A DNA stretch of 64,000 nt from contig CAVWLW010000026.1 in assembly GCA_963755715.1 (NCBI GenBank), positions 101,910 to 165,909 on the forward strand, read 5' to 3'. How positions within the stretch are numbered: position 1 is the first letter of the stretch; each line of letters begins with the position of its first letter. A program made the position numbers and the translations under genes. The notes beneath the pieces were generated by a model that ran no database searches, had not been told where the DNA came from, and was given only the letters and a program-made list of their open reading frames with translations. Of this stretch, positions 21,137 to 30,939 are shown in pieces. The DNA is from an uncultured delta proteobacterium. GTDB taxonomy: Bacteria > Desulfobacterota > Binatia > UBA9968.

Positions 21137-21424
21137 GTGCCGCTCGAAACGGAAGCGCCAGACAATTCGTCTTGATCCAGTCACCGACTGACATCGTGCG
21201 CGCACGGTGGAAACAAATTTCAATAAGCAAGCCCGCAGCAAGCCGAGGGGTATCAAGTGCCGCTCACAGATTCCGCCGAGAGCACAGCCGAGAAATGGCG
21301 TCTCCGAATAATCCATCGACTGCGCCAGAGCCGGCTGTTCCTTTCGAGGTGGTCGCCGTAGATTATTGTCACCAAGGGAGCCTAGTTGTTTTCCTACATG
21401 TTTCAACAATCAAACACCACGCCT

Positions 21425-22060
21425 TCAACCGTTATTGCCCAAATCCCATCGCTCCTTTTCCAAATCGGTGCGAGTGAAGTGGACAAGGATCAACACAGTG
21501 AAATCATCATGATTGGATTTACCGATGGCTGGAGCGCTCTCGCCGACGAAATCTCCGGTTTCGGCGTCGGTCGCAAAAATTTTAATCTCTGCATGACCGC
21601 TGTGCTTCACGTCCCTAAACACTGCGATTTCGGGAAAAGCGAAACCTAAAAGCGGCACCGTGAAAGCAGGAGTACCGATAAAGGACTGTCCTTGGTCCAC
21701 CGCGAGAACCGATGCAAACACTTGCAAATGCAATTGCGCTTGCGTCGGATTCGCGGCGATCCGTACCCGCTGGCTTTGTAGCCAAGCGGTGAAAAACGAC
21801 CTGGCGAAATCTTTGTCGGGCGTGAGACCAGAGAATTCCACGGCAACGGTTTTCTCCTTGAACTGTTGAGTATCAATCGCAGCGACCGCCCGTTCCAAGG
21901 CGCGGACGAGCAACTGCTGCTCGATGGCGGAGCGCGGTGTGTTCGTGATTTGAGCCGATACGGCGCATCCGGCAATCAAAAAGATGCAAAGGCACCGAGA
22001 CAAATTCTTAAAAATCGTGATCAAGATCGCCGTCCTCCAATCGCCATGAAGATTTTTCAA
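21425..22060 (-). CDS. Putative lipoprotein (DUF6655-like hypothetical)
   Basis: Lipobox IAGC followed by TNTPRSAIEQQLLVRALERA. Confidence 0.55.
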   Translation of the reverse strand: MKNLHGDWRTAILITIFKNLSRCLCIFLIAGCAVSAQITNTPRSAIEQQLLVRALERAVAAIDTQQFKEKTVAVEFSGLTPDKDFARSFFTAWLQSQRVRIAANPTQAQLHLQVFASVLAVDQGQSFIGTPAFTVPLLGFAFPEIAVFRDVKHSGHAEIKIFATDAETGDFVGESAPAIGKSNHDDFTVLILVHFTRTDLEKERWDLGNNG

Positions 22061-22319
22061 AGTCTAACGCGGGTGAAATCTATCTCAAGGCCCTTTTGCA
22101 ATTGTCGATTGGCGCTGATCTCAGCCGCGCCCCCGCGATAACAATGCGCCCAATGTCGGATCGTAGATTGGCGCGTGATAAACACCCGCGGCAACAAAAT
22201 TTGACGATAACGATTAGGGTCGATCTCTAGCGAGTTCACGCTGCCGAATCGTCTTCGATGCGAGTCGGGCCTTGAGCGATGCTGCCTAACGCGATTCAGT
22301 TGTTGAACGGCGAAGGCGC

Positions 22320-22964
22320 TCAGGATAGCGGCCGGGTACCGGCGCTTTCGTCGGCCTCCGCGGTGACTTGGTCGAGCGCAGCAGCGATTTTCGCGAGAGC
22401 CGTTTCGTCCGACATATCGTACGGCACGGCGAACGGTTCGCCGTAGGCGACCACGTTTCGGGAAAAAGGTTTTGGCACAAGGTGACGGTCCCAGGAGGCG
22501 AGAAACAACGGCCATGAGCTCGAAAAGCTAATCGGCAAAATCCATGCGTGAGTGATTCGCGCCAGCCGCACGACCCCGGCTTGCACCACTCGCGCTGGCC
22601 CGCGCGGGCCGTCTACGGTAAGAGCAACATTATGTCCCGAGCGGACATGACGCACCATACGGCGCAGCGCTTCGCTTCCACCGCGCGTCGTCGAGCCGCG
22701 CGTCACGAGGTAACCATTGCCTTCGAGCCACCGTGCAATAATATTGCCGTCTTCAGATTGGGAAGCCATGGTGACAATGCTTTCATTCCGATGCGCGTCT
22801 ATCGGAAGAAACATGCGACCATGCCACAGGGCAAAAAGAATCGGCACGCGACGGGCCTTGAGATCCGCATAGTAACGGTCGTTTAACTGCTCGACGCGCA
22901 AAGTTGCGCGCAAAAGCGCGATACCAAATCCCATTAATTGAGTGATCAGCGTCAAACGATTCAC
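22320..22964 (-). CDS. Lysophospholipid acyltransferase family / DUF374 protein
   Basis: ALWHGR, ASQSEDG, RGSTTRGG, TVDGPRGP, SWDR..VPKPFSR motifs. Confidence 0.85.
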   Translation of the reverse strand: MNRLTLITQLMGFGIALLRATLRVEQLNDRYYADLKARRVPILFALWHGRMFLPIDAHRNESIVTMASQSEDGNIIARWLEGNGYLVTRGSTTRGGSEALRRMVRHVRSGHNVALTVDGPRGPARVVQAGVVRLARITHAWILPISFSSSWPLFLASWDRHLVPKPFSRNVVAYGEPFAVPYDMSDETALAKIAAALDQVTAEADESAGTRPLS

Positions 22965-23119
22965 ATCAAGATCCGTAGCGACTAAGTTTCGGAACTGCTT
23001 CTGCCTTTTTTGTAGTACAACAAAACCTCACCGCACCAGCCGTTCAATGGCTCTTGAGTTTGACGTTTCAGCGCGAGAAAGGTTTCAGAGGCTTCGGATT
23101 GCATTCAAACCACTTGTCT

Positions 23120-24334
23120 TTATTCCATGCTTTGCGCCTTGCGCACGCTGGCGATAAGGGAGGTGCGAAGCAAGAACTCTTTCTGCCTGGCGGGCTCATC
23201 CGCAATGGCTCGCAATTCATCGAAACGCGCTTGGCGCGCCTTGGGATCGCGCTCTTCGAGGCGTTTTTTGTTGTTGATCGTTTGCTCTTGCACGAACTCG
23301 ATATTGAGCGTGCGGCGTCTGCGCGTGTAGCGGTCGAGCAGATCGTCGCCGGCTTGCTTGGTAATCACCTGATGCAAGCTATGGGCCAATTCTATGGCGT
23401 CATGAATGCCGCCGTTTAATCCCAAACCACCAACGGAATTATTCACGTGCGCCGAATCGCCGGCGAGAAAAACACGGCCCTTGCGAAATGTGGCGGCGAC
23501 GCGCTGGTGCACGTTGTAAAGATTACGATGCACGACGTTATAGCGCCGACCCAGGGGAAATACCCGCTGCAAGCGCGAATAGGTCGATTCATCGCCCAAT
23601 GCTTCTTCGTCGCTCTCTTCCACCCGGGTCGGAAACACCGCGCGCCACCGGCCTTTGCCGTCGTCGCCCGCGACTTTGAAAAGATTGGTCCACTCATCCG
23701 GATCGGCCAGATAATTCCGATAGCAGCAGCCGGTTAAAAGTTCTTGGAAATCATCGAGCGTGCTCAGCACGAGAAAGCGCTCCGGCCAAGTAAAGCCTTC
23801 GAATTCGATATCGAGGGCTTTGCGGATCGTGCTGCGCCCGCCGTCGGCGCCGATCACGTAATCGCCGCGAAAAGTCTCGCTGCCGTTTGGCCCTTCTGCG
23901 GTAACCGTCGCGCTATCGGCATCTTGGCTGACACCGGTGGCGCGGGTGGCGAAGCGCACATCGGCATCGGCAAAGGTTTTCAGCCGTTCTATGCCCATAC
24001 GGGCAAGCTTGTGCTGCTCCGTCTGAACGACGAATGGATAAGGCGTCTCGTCGCGCAGTACGTCGTGATCGAACTCGACGATCTTGGCGCGCGCCGGCTT
24101 GTCCCAAAACTGAAAGTAGCGCGCCACTAAGCCCTCTTGGATGAATGGCTCGATGAGACCAACTCGCGCGATCATTTCGAGCGTCGAAGGATGAGTGGTC
24201 GCCGCACGCGGACTATCATCGATCTTGCCTTCAGCCTCGAGCAGCGTTATCGCATAACCCTGTTGCGCGCACGCCAGAGCCGCGACGACGCCGACGGGAC
24301 CTCCGCCGGCGATGATGATGCGAATTTTTTTCAT
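23120..24334 (-). CDS. FAD-dependent monooxygenase (aromatic hydroxylase, FAD_binding_3)
   Basis: IAGGGPVG, GADGGRSTIR and GRVFLAGDSAH..GGLGLNGGIHDA motifs. Confidence 0.9.
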   Translation of the reverse strand: MKKIRIIIAGGGPVGVVAALACAQQGYAITLLEAEGKIDDSPRAATTHPSTLEMIARVGLIEPFIQEGLVARYFQFWDKPARAKIVEFDHDVLRDETPYPFVVQTEQHKLARMGIERLKTFADADVRFATRATGVSQDADSATVTAEGPNGSETFRGDYVIGADGGRSTIRKALDIEFEGFTWPERFLVLSTLDDFQELLTGCCYRNYLADPDEWTNLFKVAGDDGKGRWRAVFPTRVEESDEEALGDESTYSRLQRVFPLGRRYNVVHRNLYNVHQRVAATFRKGRVFLAGDSAHVNNSVGGLGLNGGIHDAIELAHSLHQVITKQAGDDLLDRYTRRRRTLNIEFVQEQTINNKKRLEERDPKARQARFDELRAIADEPARQKEFLLRTSLIASVRKAQSME

Positions 24335-24869
24335 TTAAAAGCTGTCGACAAGCTAGCGATAGGTTGCTGCGAGCTCCTTGAAGAAGCCCGGATTTTTCAA
24401 GCTCAGCGACGATACTCAGGTCCATGAATTCTTCCGGCTTGTGCTTCAGGACTTCGGGCCGTTGCTGCGCGACATACTCGTAAGTTGCGTCGTGTCCTTG
24501 CACGATGGGGCGAGGCAAGGAGAGAAAATCTTCTTTATAAATGTTGTACGCTTCTTCCAGCAGCTCACGATCATTCATTCTCAGATATCGGCTCAGGACC
24601 TTTAAACTGAACTCCTTGTTGGCCTTTAAAAAATAAATTGCCTCGGTATAAGGAGCGCTTGGACCCGCTCGGGAATGTTGCCCAAGGCTAATAGGATCAC
24701 GTCTTTGATCGGATCAAGTCCGTACTTCTTCAAGGTAGAACGCGTGAGAAAATCACGCCGACGAGATCGGCGATGGACATATCGTTAAAGACAATTTAGA
24801 GTTCTTGGCATACTTGCCGTCGCCGTCAATAATGCGGCGGCTCGTTTTGTGGCTGGTTGTGTTTCCCAT
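24331..24869 (-). pseudogene. Internally deleted NMT1-type substrate-binding protein remnant
   Basis: RBS+ATG at 24869. Fragment DFLTRSTLKKYGLDPIKDVILLALGNIPERVQAL is followed directly by YTEAIYF..RYLRMNDRELLEEAY..KPEEFMDLSIVAELEKSG. Confidence 0.65.
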
Positions 24870-24975
24870 CGACCCCTATCCTCCCAACGTTTGGTGCGCA
24901 TGATCGCATGAGTTTCTCGGAGTATCAACAAATTGATGTGCCGACGGCTAAGCGCCGCGAATCAGCAACACCCGC

Positions 24976-25005
24976 TTGAAAGATAGTACGACCTCAGCCT
25001 ATGCT
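24976..25005 (+). promoter_or_regulatory. Sigma70-type promoter of a probable leaderless mRNA
   Basis: TTGAAA(24976)-N18-TATGCT(25000)-N7-ATG(25013). Confidence 0.55.
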
Positions 25006-25012
25006 CGCGGAC

Positions 25013-26026
25013 ATGGCGAGCGGAAAAACTACTTTCGGTCTCACGTTATCCAATCGAGCGCTGATTACACGCGGGACGCCGCCGAGCGAACTCATCGACA
25101 TGGCCGTCAAAGCGGAGAGCACCGGCGCAATCGACGCGATTTGGGTCGGCGACAGCATCTTGAGCAAGCCTCGGCTGGAATGCATCCCGCTGCTGGGCGC
25201 GATCGCAGCGCGCACTTCGCGAGTGAAACTCGGCGTGGCGTGTATGGCCACCATCGCGCAGCGCAACCCCGTGCTCCTCGCCTTGCAGTGGGCGAGTTTG
25301 GACGCGTTATCAAACGGTCGCACCTGGCTGGCGGCGTGCATGGGTTATCCGGCGAGCCAGCATCCGATGGCGGCTAAAGAACTTGAAGTGATGGGCGTCG
25401 CGAGCAAGGAGCGGCCCAAAAGATTGGAAGAGATGATCGAGGCTGTGCGGCTCCTTTGGTCTGACGAACATGCGAGCTTTCACGGCAAGTACTATTCATT
25501 CGATGACGTGAATCTCTTGCCCAAGCCCGCGCAACGGCCGTGTCCGATCTACATTGCCGGTACGCCGCGACCGGCTCAGATCGGCGAGCGCGGCGTGGAG
25601 CGCTCGCTGCGGCGCATCGCTCGCTACGCCGATGGTTGGATGAGCAATCAGATCGAGCTCGCTATGTTTAAAGATTATCAAGGTCGGCTGCGGGAAATGG
25701 TCACTGAAGAGGGTCGGGATCCAAACGCGTTTAAGACTGTCCTATACTACGGCGTTTCGGTAAACCGCGATCGAGAGCAAGCGTTTCGCGAAGCAAAGGC
25801 TTTTCTCGATGCCTATTACCAAAAAGACTTCACACGAGAAGGCGTGGAAATCTGGACCGCCTGCGGCCCCGTCGAACATTGCGTCGACTGCCTGCGTGGA
25901 TTTATCGACGCCGGGGTCGACCACGTCGCTATTCGCCCGATCGGCGCCGATTTGAATCAGCAATTCGTCATTTTCTTGGAAAAACTTATTCCCGCGCTGC
26001 AGGCGGTAACCGACAAGGCCGCTTAG
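25013..26026 (+). CDS. LLM-class flavin-dependent oxidoreductase
   Basis: DAIWVGDS, IAARTSRVKLG, WASLDALSNGR, PKPAQRPCPIYIAG and RIARYADGW motifs. Confidence 0.9.
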   Translation: MASGKTTFGLTLSNRALITRGTPPSELIDMAVKAESTGAIDAIWVGDSILSKPRLECIPLLGAIAARTSRVKLGVACMATIAQRNPVLLALQWASLDALSNGRTWLAACMGYPASQHPMAAKELEVMGVASKERPKRLEEMIEAVRLLWSDEHASFHGKYYSFDDVNLLPKPAQRPCPIYIAGTPRPAQIGERGVERSLRRIARYADGWMSNQIELAMFKDYQGRLREMVTEEGRDPNAFKTVLYYGVSVNRDREQAFREAKAFLDAYYQKDFTREGVEIWTACGPVEHCVDCLRGFIDAGVDHVAIRPIGADLNQQFVIFLEKLIPALQAVTDKAA

Positions 26027-26057
26027 CTCCTAGAACCTCTCGGCAGGGAGACGGCAT

Positions 26058-27059
26058 CTACAACCGATCGATGAAACCGCTTTTGTCGAGCTCGCGGATC
26101 AAGCGCGAATCGATGAAGTCTTCCGGCTTTGCGTCCCGCGCTTTGGGCTGCGCTTTTTCCAAAGTCTTTAACAGCACGCCCACTCCTTCCGCCGTTGGAT
26201 ACGGCGGGATTTCGAGGTGCAGCGTCACGCGTTCGTAGGCGTCGTCGAGCAATTCGCGGTCGTTGGTGCCGAGATATTTGGCCATCACGCGGGTGGCGAA
26301 GGCTTTGTCTTTTTTAGCGAGCACCGCGCCTTCGACGTAGGCGCGAAGAAATCGCCGCACGGTGTCTTCATTGGTCTTGAGGTATTTTCGCGTCGTCACC
26401 ACGCCGTTCTGGTGAATCGTCGCTTCTAGCTTAGCCATGTCGAGAAGCTCGCGCATGTTCGCCTTCTTGGCCCGCAAGATCGCCGGCACAGAGAGCGCCG
26501 CCCCTTGCACTTTGCCCGTGAGGAGAGCGAGCACGGTCTCGGGTTGGCCGCCAGTCTGCACCATAGTGATGTCGCGCTCCGGATTGAGGCCGTTTTTCTC
26601 CAGCGCAAAGCGCGAGGCGAAATCGGAAAGCGTGCCGAAGCGCGTGGCGCCGAAGAGTTTGCCTTTCAAATCGACGAAGCGGGCAATGTCCGGTCGGCTG
26701 AAAATCGAGAAGACAAACTTTTTGATGATCGTTGCGACGATGACCGTGTCGGCGCCGGCGAAATTGGCCAGCATCGACGCGGTGCCGCCGAGCTGGACGA
26801 TCGGCACCTCGCCTGAAAGCATCGCCTGTAACGCCATCGAGCTTCCCGGAATCGAGATGGCCTCGACAGCGAGACCGTGCTTCTCATAAAAACCCGCTTC
26901 CTTGGCAAACCACATGGTCATCTGTGGCGCGCCAACCGAGCCTCCGCCGACGCGGATTTTTTCCAGTTTCTTATCCTGCGCCGCAGTGGGAGAAAACCAG
27001 ATCGCTGCACAAATCAGAATGGTAGTAATGATGCAGAGCGTTATTTTCATAGTCGTCAT
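26058..27059 (-). CDS. ABC substrate-binding protein, NMT1/SsuA family
   Basis: WFAKEAGFYEKHGLAVE, DLKGK..TRFGTLSD, KPEDFIDSRLIRELDKSGFIDRL. Confidence 0.88.
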   Translation of the reverse strand: MTTMKITLCIITTILICAAIWFSPTAAQDKKLEKIRVGGGSVGAPQMTMWFAKEAGFYEKHGLAVEAISIPGSSMALQAMLSGEVPIVQLGGTASMLANFAGADTVIVATIIKKFVFSIFSRPDIARFVDLKGKLFGATRFGTLSDFASRFALEKNGLNPERDITMVQTGGQPETVLALLTGKVQGAALSVPAILRAKKANMRELLDMAKLEATIHQNGVVTTRKYLKTNEDTVRRFLRAYVEGAVLAKKDKAFATRVMAKYLGTNDRELLDDAYERVTLHLEIPPYPTAEGVGVLLKTLEKAQPKARDAKPEDFIDSRLIRELDKSGFIDRL

Positions 27060-27187
27060 CCACTTTTGCAATCGCGTATGCAACTCCGCTTGACCGCGGT
27101 TAAAGAATCTTGTGGATCACCATCTCGCCTGAAGAGAAACTTTCGAAATACGTAGCTCTTTGATAAATTTCCTCGCAATAGGAGCTC

Positions 27188-28162
27188 TTACGCGGCGGAC
27201 TTATGAACGCGAATTATGAATGGCACAGAGCCCATGGGCAAAAAAACAGAAGCGTCGTCACAATTCAGACACTCATCACCGCGGCTAAGAAACCACAATA
27301 TGGCTTCATGGCTATCGATCGAATTGACGGCATCGCTATCTCGAACCCAGTATTTCTCATAGTTTGGGTTCAAACGGCGATATCTTAATCGGGTTGGTCC
27401 AAATCGAGCGACAAAACGTCGGACGATCCGGTTGGGCACAAGCGCCATTACTTTAAAGAGTTGCGAGGACCGTAGCGGGATACTGGCTTTAATGAGCTTT
27501 CCCGCTACGCCGAAATCGGAATAGGGTCTGACTTCGTAACCGTCCGCAGCCCAAGAAGTACAATTCCAGGCGGGAAACAAAAAAAGGACTCCATTGTCTC
27601 GCATAACCCGTCGAGCTTCGCGAAACGCCTGCTCGGGATTGGGTACATGCTCGAACACCCAAATCGACCAAATCGCCTCGAAACTATTATCTGGAAAGGG
27701 CATTGCCGTGGCCGAGCCGAGCACAAATTTTTTGTGGTAAAAACGCGCAACGCTAGGAGAAATATCCAGCCCTGTGTAGTTCTGCGCCGCGTCTTGCAAA
27801 TAACCTCGACCCGAGCCAATTTCTAATACGGGCTGATCGCTGAGATTAAACCGCTTAACGAACGCGCTTATCTGCTCCTCGATACGGAAGTCGTTGGCAG
27901 CAGCCTCCGCAACACGAATATATTTCGTCTCGTATTCGGACCTCTCTGACCTCTCTTGGTTTTCACTGACAGGTTTCCGATATGCCTCCGTGTAGTATTT
28001 TTGAGCAGCCTCTACCTCTTCACGAGTGAGTGGAGCATCAACGTCATAAGGGAAATGGATAGCGGAGATGACGATGATAAGAACCAATCCCGCGCCGGCA
28101 AAAAGAGACACCGCCGCTATAACGTATTTCAAAGCTTTCAAATATTTCTTGATGGAATGCAT
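27188..28162 (-). CDS. Class I SAM-dependent methyltransferase with N-terminal membrane anchor
   Basis: VLEIGSGRG motif I, GLDIS, GSATAMPFPDNSFE, VFEHVPNP. Confidence 0.8.
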   Translation of the reverse strand: MHSIKKYLKALKYVIAAVSLFAGAGLVLIIVISAIHFPYDVDAPLTREEVEAAQKYYTEAYRKPVSENQERSERSEYETKYIRVAEAAANDFRIEEQISAFVKRFNLSDQPVLEIGSGRGYLQDAAQNYTGLDISPSVARFYHKKFVLGSATAMPFPDNSFEAIWSIWVFEHVPNPEQAFREARRVMRDNGVLFLFPAWNCTSWAADGYEVRPYSDFGVAGKLIKASIPLRSSQLFKVMALVPNRIVRRFVARFGPTRLRYRRLNPNYEKYWVRDSDAVNSIDSHEAILWFLSRGDECLNCDDASVFLPMGSVPFIIRVHKSAA

Positions 28163-28289
28163 TGGGTCGAGCCAAAGAAATAGCGCAGTGCCGGCGTGAT
28201 GCCTAGGTCATTGCGTGGTCCCTCTGGTCGAAGAATTCCGATCTGCGTGTGCTAAACGACATGAAGCAAGAATCGACTATAAGTGCTCG

Positions 28290-30012
28290 TTAATGACTCC
28301 CGCAGATCACATTCAGCACGGCTTGCCGCTTTTCCTCTTTGACGACTTTGAGCGCGCGCTTGAGCGCCGGCAAAACCTGCTGCGGATCGTCGACCATCTC
28401 GCCGTAGCCGCCGTGCGCGGCGACGATCATCTCATAGCGCGGCGACGGCGTCAGATCGCACAGGGGAAAATTTTCCGTACTCACCGCCCAACCGTCCGGC
28501 ATGACCTGTTGCGTTGCGGCCTTGGTGGAGTGCCAGATCGCGTTGTTGCAGACGATCGTTAGCACAGGAAGATCGTACGCTTGCGAAACGAAATGACAGG
28601 CGGTCGGGTTGTTGAACATGTAAGTTCCGTCGCCACAGCTCACGATCACGGTTTTCTCGGGGTGAGCGAGCTTCATACCCAATCCACCGCCGATACCCCA
28701 GCCCAAGCCCGCCGGCGGGAGAGCCGCCAAAATAACTCGCCGGCTCGCTCAGGCTGAGTTGCTCTTGCGACACGCCATGATCGTTGACGATGAGGGTATC
28801 CGCGTCTCGCACTTGGTCGACGCAATAGGACAACCACGCGGTATCGATCGGCCTTTGACCACTCGCTTTTTCGGCCTTTTGTTTCAAACGTTCACGGTAG
28901 CGTTTATGCTCGGCGCGGATTTTCTCGGCGCGCTCGGCTGACAATTTTTCATTCCCCGGCTGACTTCTCAATTCCTGCGCGAGCAGCTCGAGCGCCAGCT
29001 TCGGATCGCCGCCGATAGAAATGTCCTTGGGAAAATTGCGGATCGGAATACCGCCGTAGTTCGGATCGCGGGCGATTTGGATAACCTTGCAGTTCTCCGG
29101 CGGCTTGCCTTGGAACGGATACCACGGCACATCGCACTCAACGACCACGATGACGTCGGCATCTTTGATGTATGGCGCGGAACTGACGCCGAGATGAAAA
29201 TCATGGGTGTTCGGGAAGCTCACGAACGGGCTCGCCGGCGTCACCACCGGCGCCGCCAGGGCTTCGGCGAATGAAACCATCGCGCTCACCGCCGTGGGAT
29301 CGGAGCCCAATCGGCCGGTGACAATCAGCGGATTGATGGCGCCGCGCAATACCTCCGCGGTGCGTTTGAGCGTTTCCGTGCTCGGCTGCAACGCTTCCGC
29401 TTGGTTTTTGCGAAACGGATGAATCGTGATCGAGTCCATCTTTTGCGCCAGGACTTCGCGCGGCAGAGTTAAGTAAACCGGACCTTGCGGGTTACCGAGC
29501 GCCATTTCCAGCGCTCTATCAACGACGGTCTCCACTTGATCGCCATTGCGCAGCTCGTAGTCCCACCGCGTGAACTCACGCAGCAAACTGCCCTGATCGA
29601 AAGATTCCTGCCCCCAGTGAATGAAGTTGGATCGACTGCCGCGCAGTCCTTCTTCCGTCAGCGGTGTGCGCCCCGCAGAAAAGATCATCGGCACGTTGAG
29701 CCGCGACGCGTTCATCACTGCCGCCGATGCATTCCCGGTACCGACAATCACGTGCACCATCACGACCTGCGGTTCGCCGGTGATCATGGCGTAACCCTGC
29801 GCCATGCTCACCGCGACGAACTCATGCGGCACCGTAATCGGCATCGGATGGGTTTTTTTATCGGCGGCAAACTTCGCCAAGGCATCGATGATCGGCCCGA
29901 AGTCCGTGCCGCTGTTGCCGAAGAAATATTTGATTCCCCGCGCGCGAAGAATTTCTAAATATGCCTGCCCGACGGTCTCGACTGGGATTGTTACTGATTT
30001 GTTCGTGTCCAT
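28290..30012 (-). CDS. Thiamine-pyrophosphate-requiring enzyme (ALS/benzoylformate decarboxylase-like), frameshift near 28720
   Basis: FFGNSGTDF, VPHEFVAVSMAQGY; the TPP motif GDGTYMF..NNAIW is in ORF 28290..28730. Confidence 0.88.
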
Positions 30013-30287
30013 GAGATACTCCTCGATTTATAAATGACGTGACCCCTAGCTCATATATCGACTGAATCACCCTGGCAAGCCTTGGAGTTATCAACCTTTT
30101 CTTTGCGGGCGCGGCAACGGCGAGACTCACGGCGGATGTGATCTACGTTCCTGGAGGGGATAGATGACGCCGCGTTGCTGAGATTCCCGGCGCCTATGGA
30201 CGAAGGACTGCCGTGACACCCAGCACGCCAAACCCTACTTCATGGATCGCGCTGCTCGTTTCGGCGGCCGCTCACAGCCGGTGTTAT

Positions 30288-30806
30288 CTACAAAGCCGCT
30301 TCTCCTTGAAACAACACCGGCAACCAAGTCACCGGCGTCTGATCCTGCACGCAGCGAAAACCTTTTACTTCATTTTTCCACTCCGGCAGATAGCGATGCG
30401 AACAATCGCATGTGTTAGCCGGGCCGCAAAGGGCTTTGTAGGTTTGGCCACCCATATCGACGTCGGTCGAGGTCCACTCCCAGATATCGCCGCGCTTCTT
30501 TAACTTCCCTCCTTCGCACGTCGCCTTCCATTCATCGACCGTCGGCAGCCGCCTACCAATCCAGCGGCAATACGCCGCAGCGTCGTGGAAATTCACCAGG
30601 ACGACCGGATCGTTCTCTTTGTCCGTGGGATAACGTCCGTGACTCCAATTCTCCGGCGCTGTGTGCCGCGTGGACAAAATGAATTTCAGATACTCGCCAT
30701 TGGTGACTTCGGTGGAATCAAACGCTGCGGCGGCGAGGAAATAAACCGGTAGAAAAAAGCCCAGAGGTGACCCAACCGGCTCGCATTTTCGGCGTAGGCT
30801 GTGCAT
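30288..30806 (-). CDS. Compact formylglycine-generating-enzyme (SUMF1/FGE-sulfatase) domain protein, probably exported
   Basis: TEVTNGEY, PVVLVNFHDAAAYCRWIGRRLPTVDEW, GDIWEWT and GFRC motifs; start uncertain. Confidence 0.75.
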   Translation of the reverse strand: MHSLRRKCEPVGSPLGFFLPVYFLAAAAFDSTEVTNGEYLKFILSTRHTAPENWSHGRYPTDKENDPVVLVNFHDAAAYCRWIGRRLPTVDEWKATCEGGKLKKRGDIWEWTSTDVDMGGQTYKALCGPANTCDCSHRYLPEWKNEVKGFRCVQDQTPVTWLPVLFQGEAAL

Positions 30807-30830
30807 TACGATCCGCGGGCTTTCAATCGA

Positions 30831-30854
30831 GGGCGACCAGCCGGTCGCCCCTAC
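30831..30854 (-). repeat. GTAG-type REP palindrome
   Basis: Minus strand reads GTAGGGGCGACCGGCTGGTCGCCC. Confidence 0.6.
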
Positions 30855-30939
30855 ATCTTCTCCGTCGCGTAGCCGAACTTCCGATTCCGAATCTTCGCAG
30901 TTTGGTTCTTTGCGCTCTTTGCGGTTAAATCGTTTTCCT

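Noticed and set aside
21180-21420. ORF 21035..21409 or 20971..21477 as a real gene
   Set aside because: No recognisable motifs or RBS, and both overlap the Zn-ribbon gene. Left as intergenic or decayed.
22057-22515. ORF 22057..22515 (-)
   Set aside because: Mostly an alternate frame of the DUF374 gene; the remainder shows no family features.
30120-30240. TPP riboswitch upstream of the TPP-dependent enzyme (CTGAGA seen)
   Set aside because: CTGAGA is on the strand opposite the gene, and the ACCTGAT..GCGTAGG core is absent.
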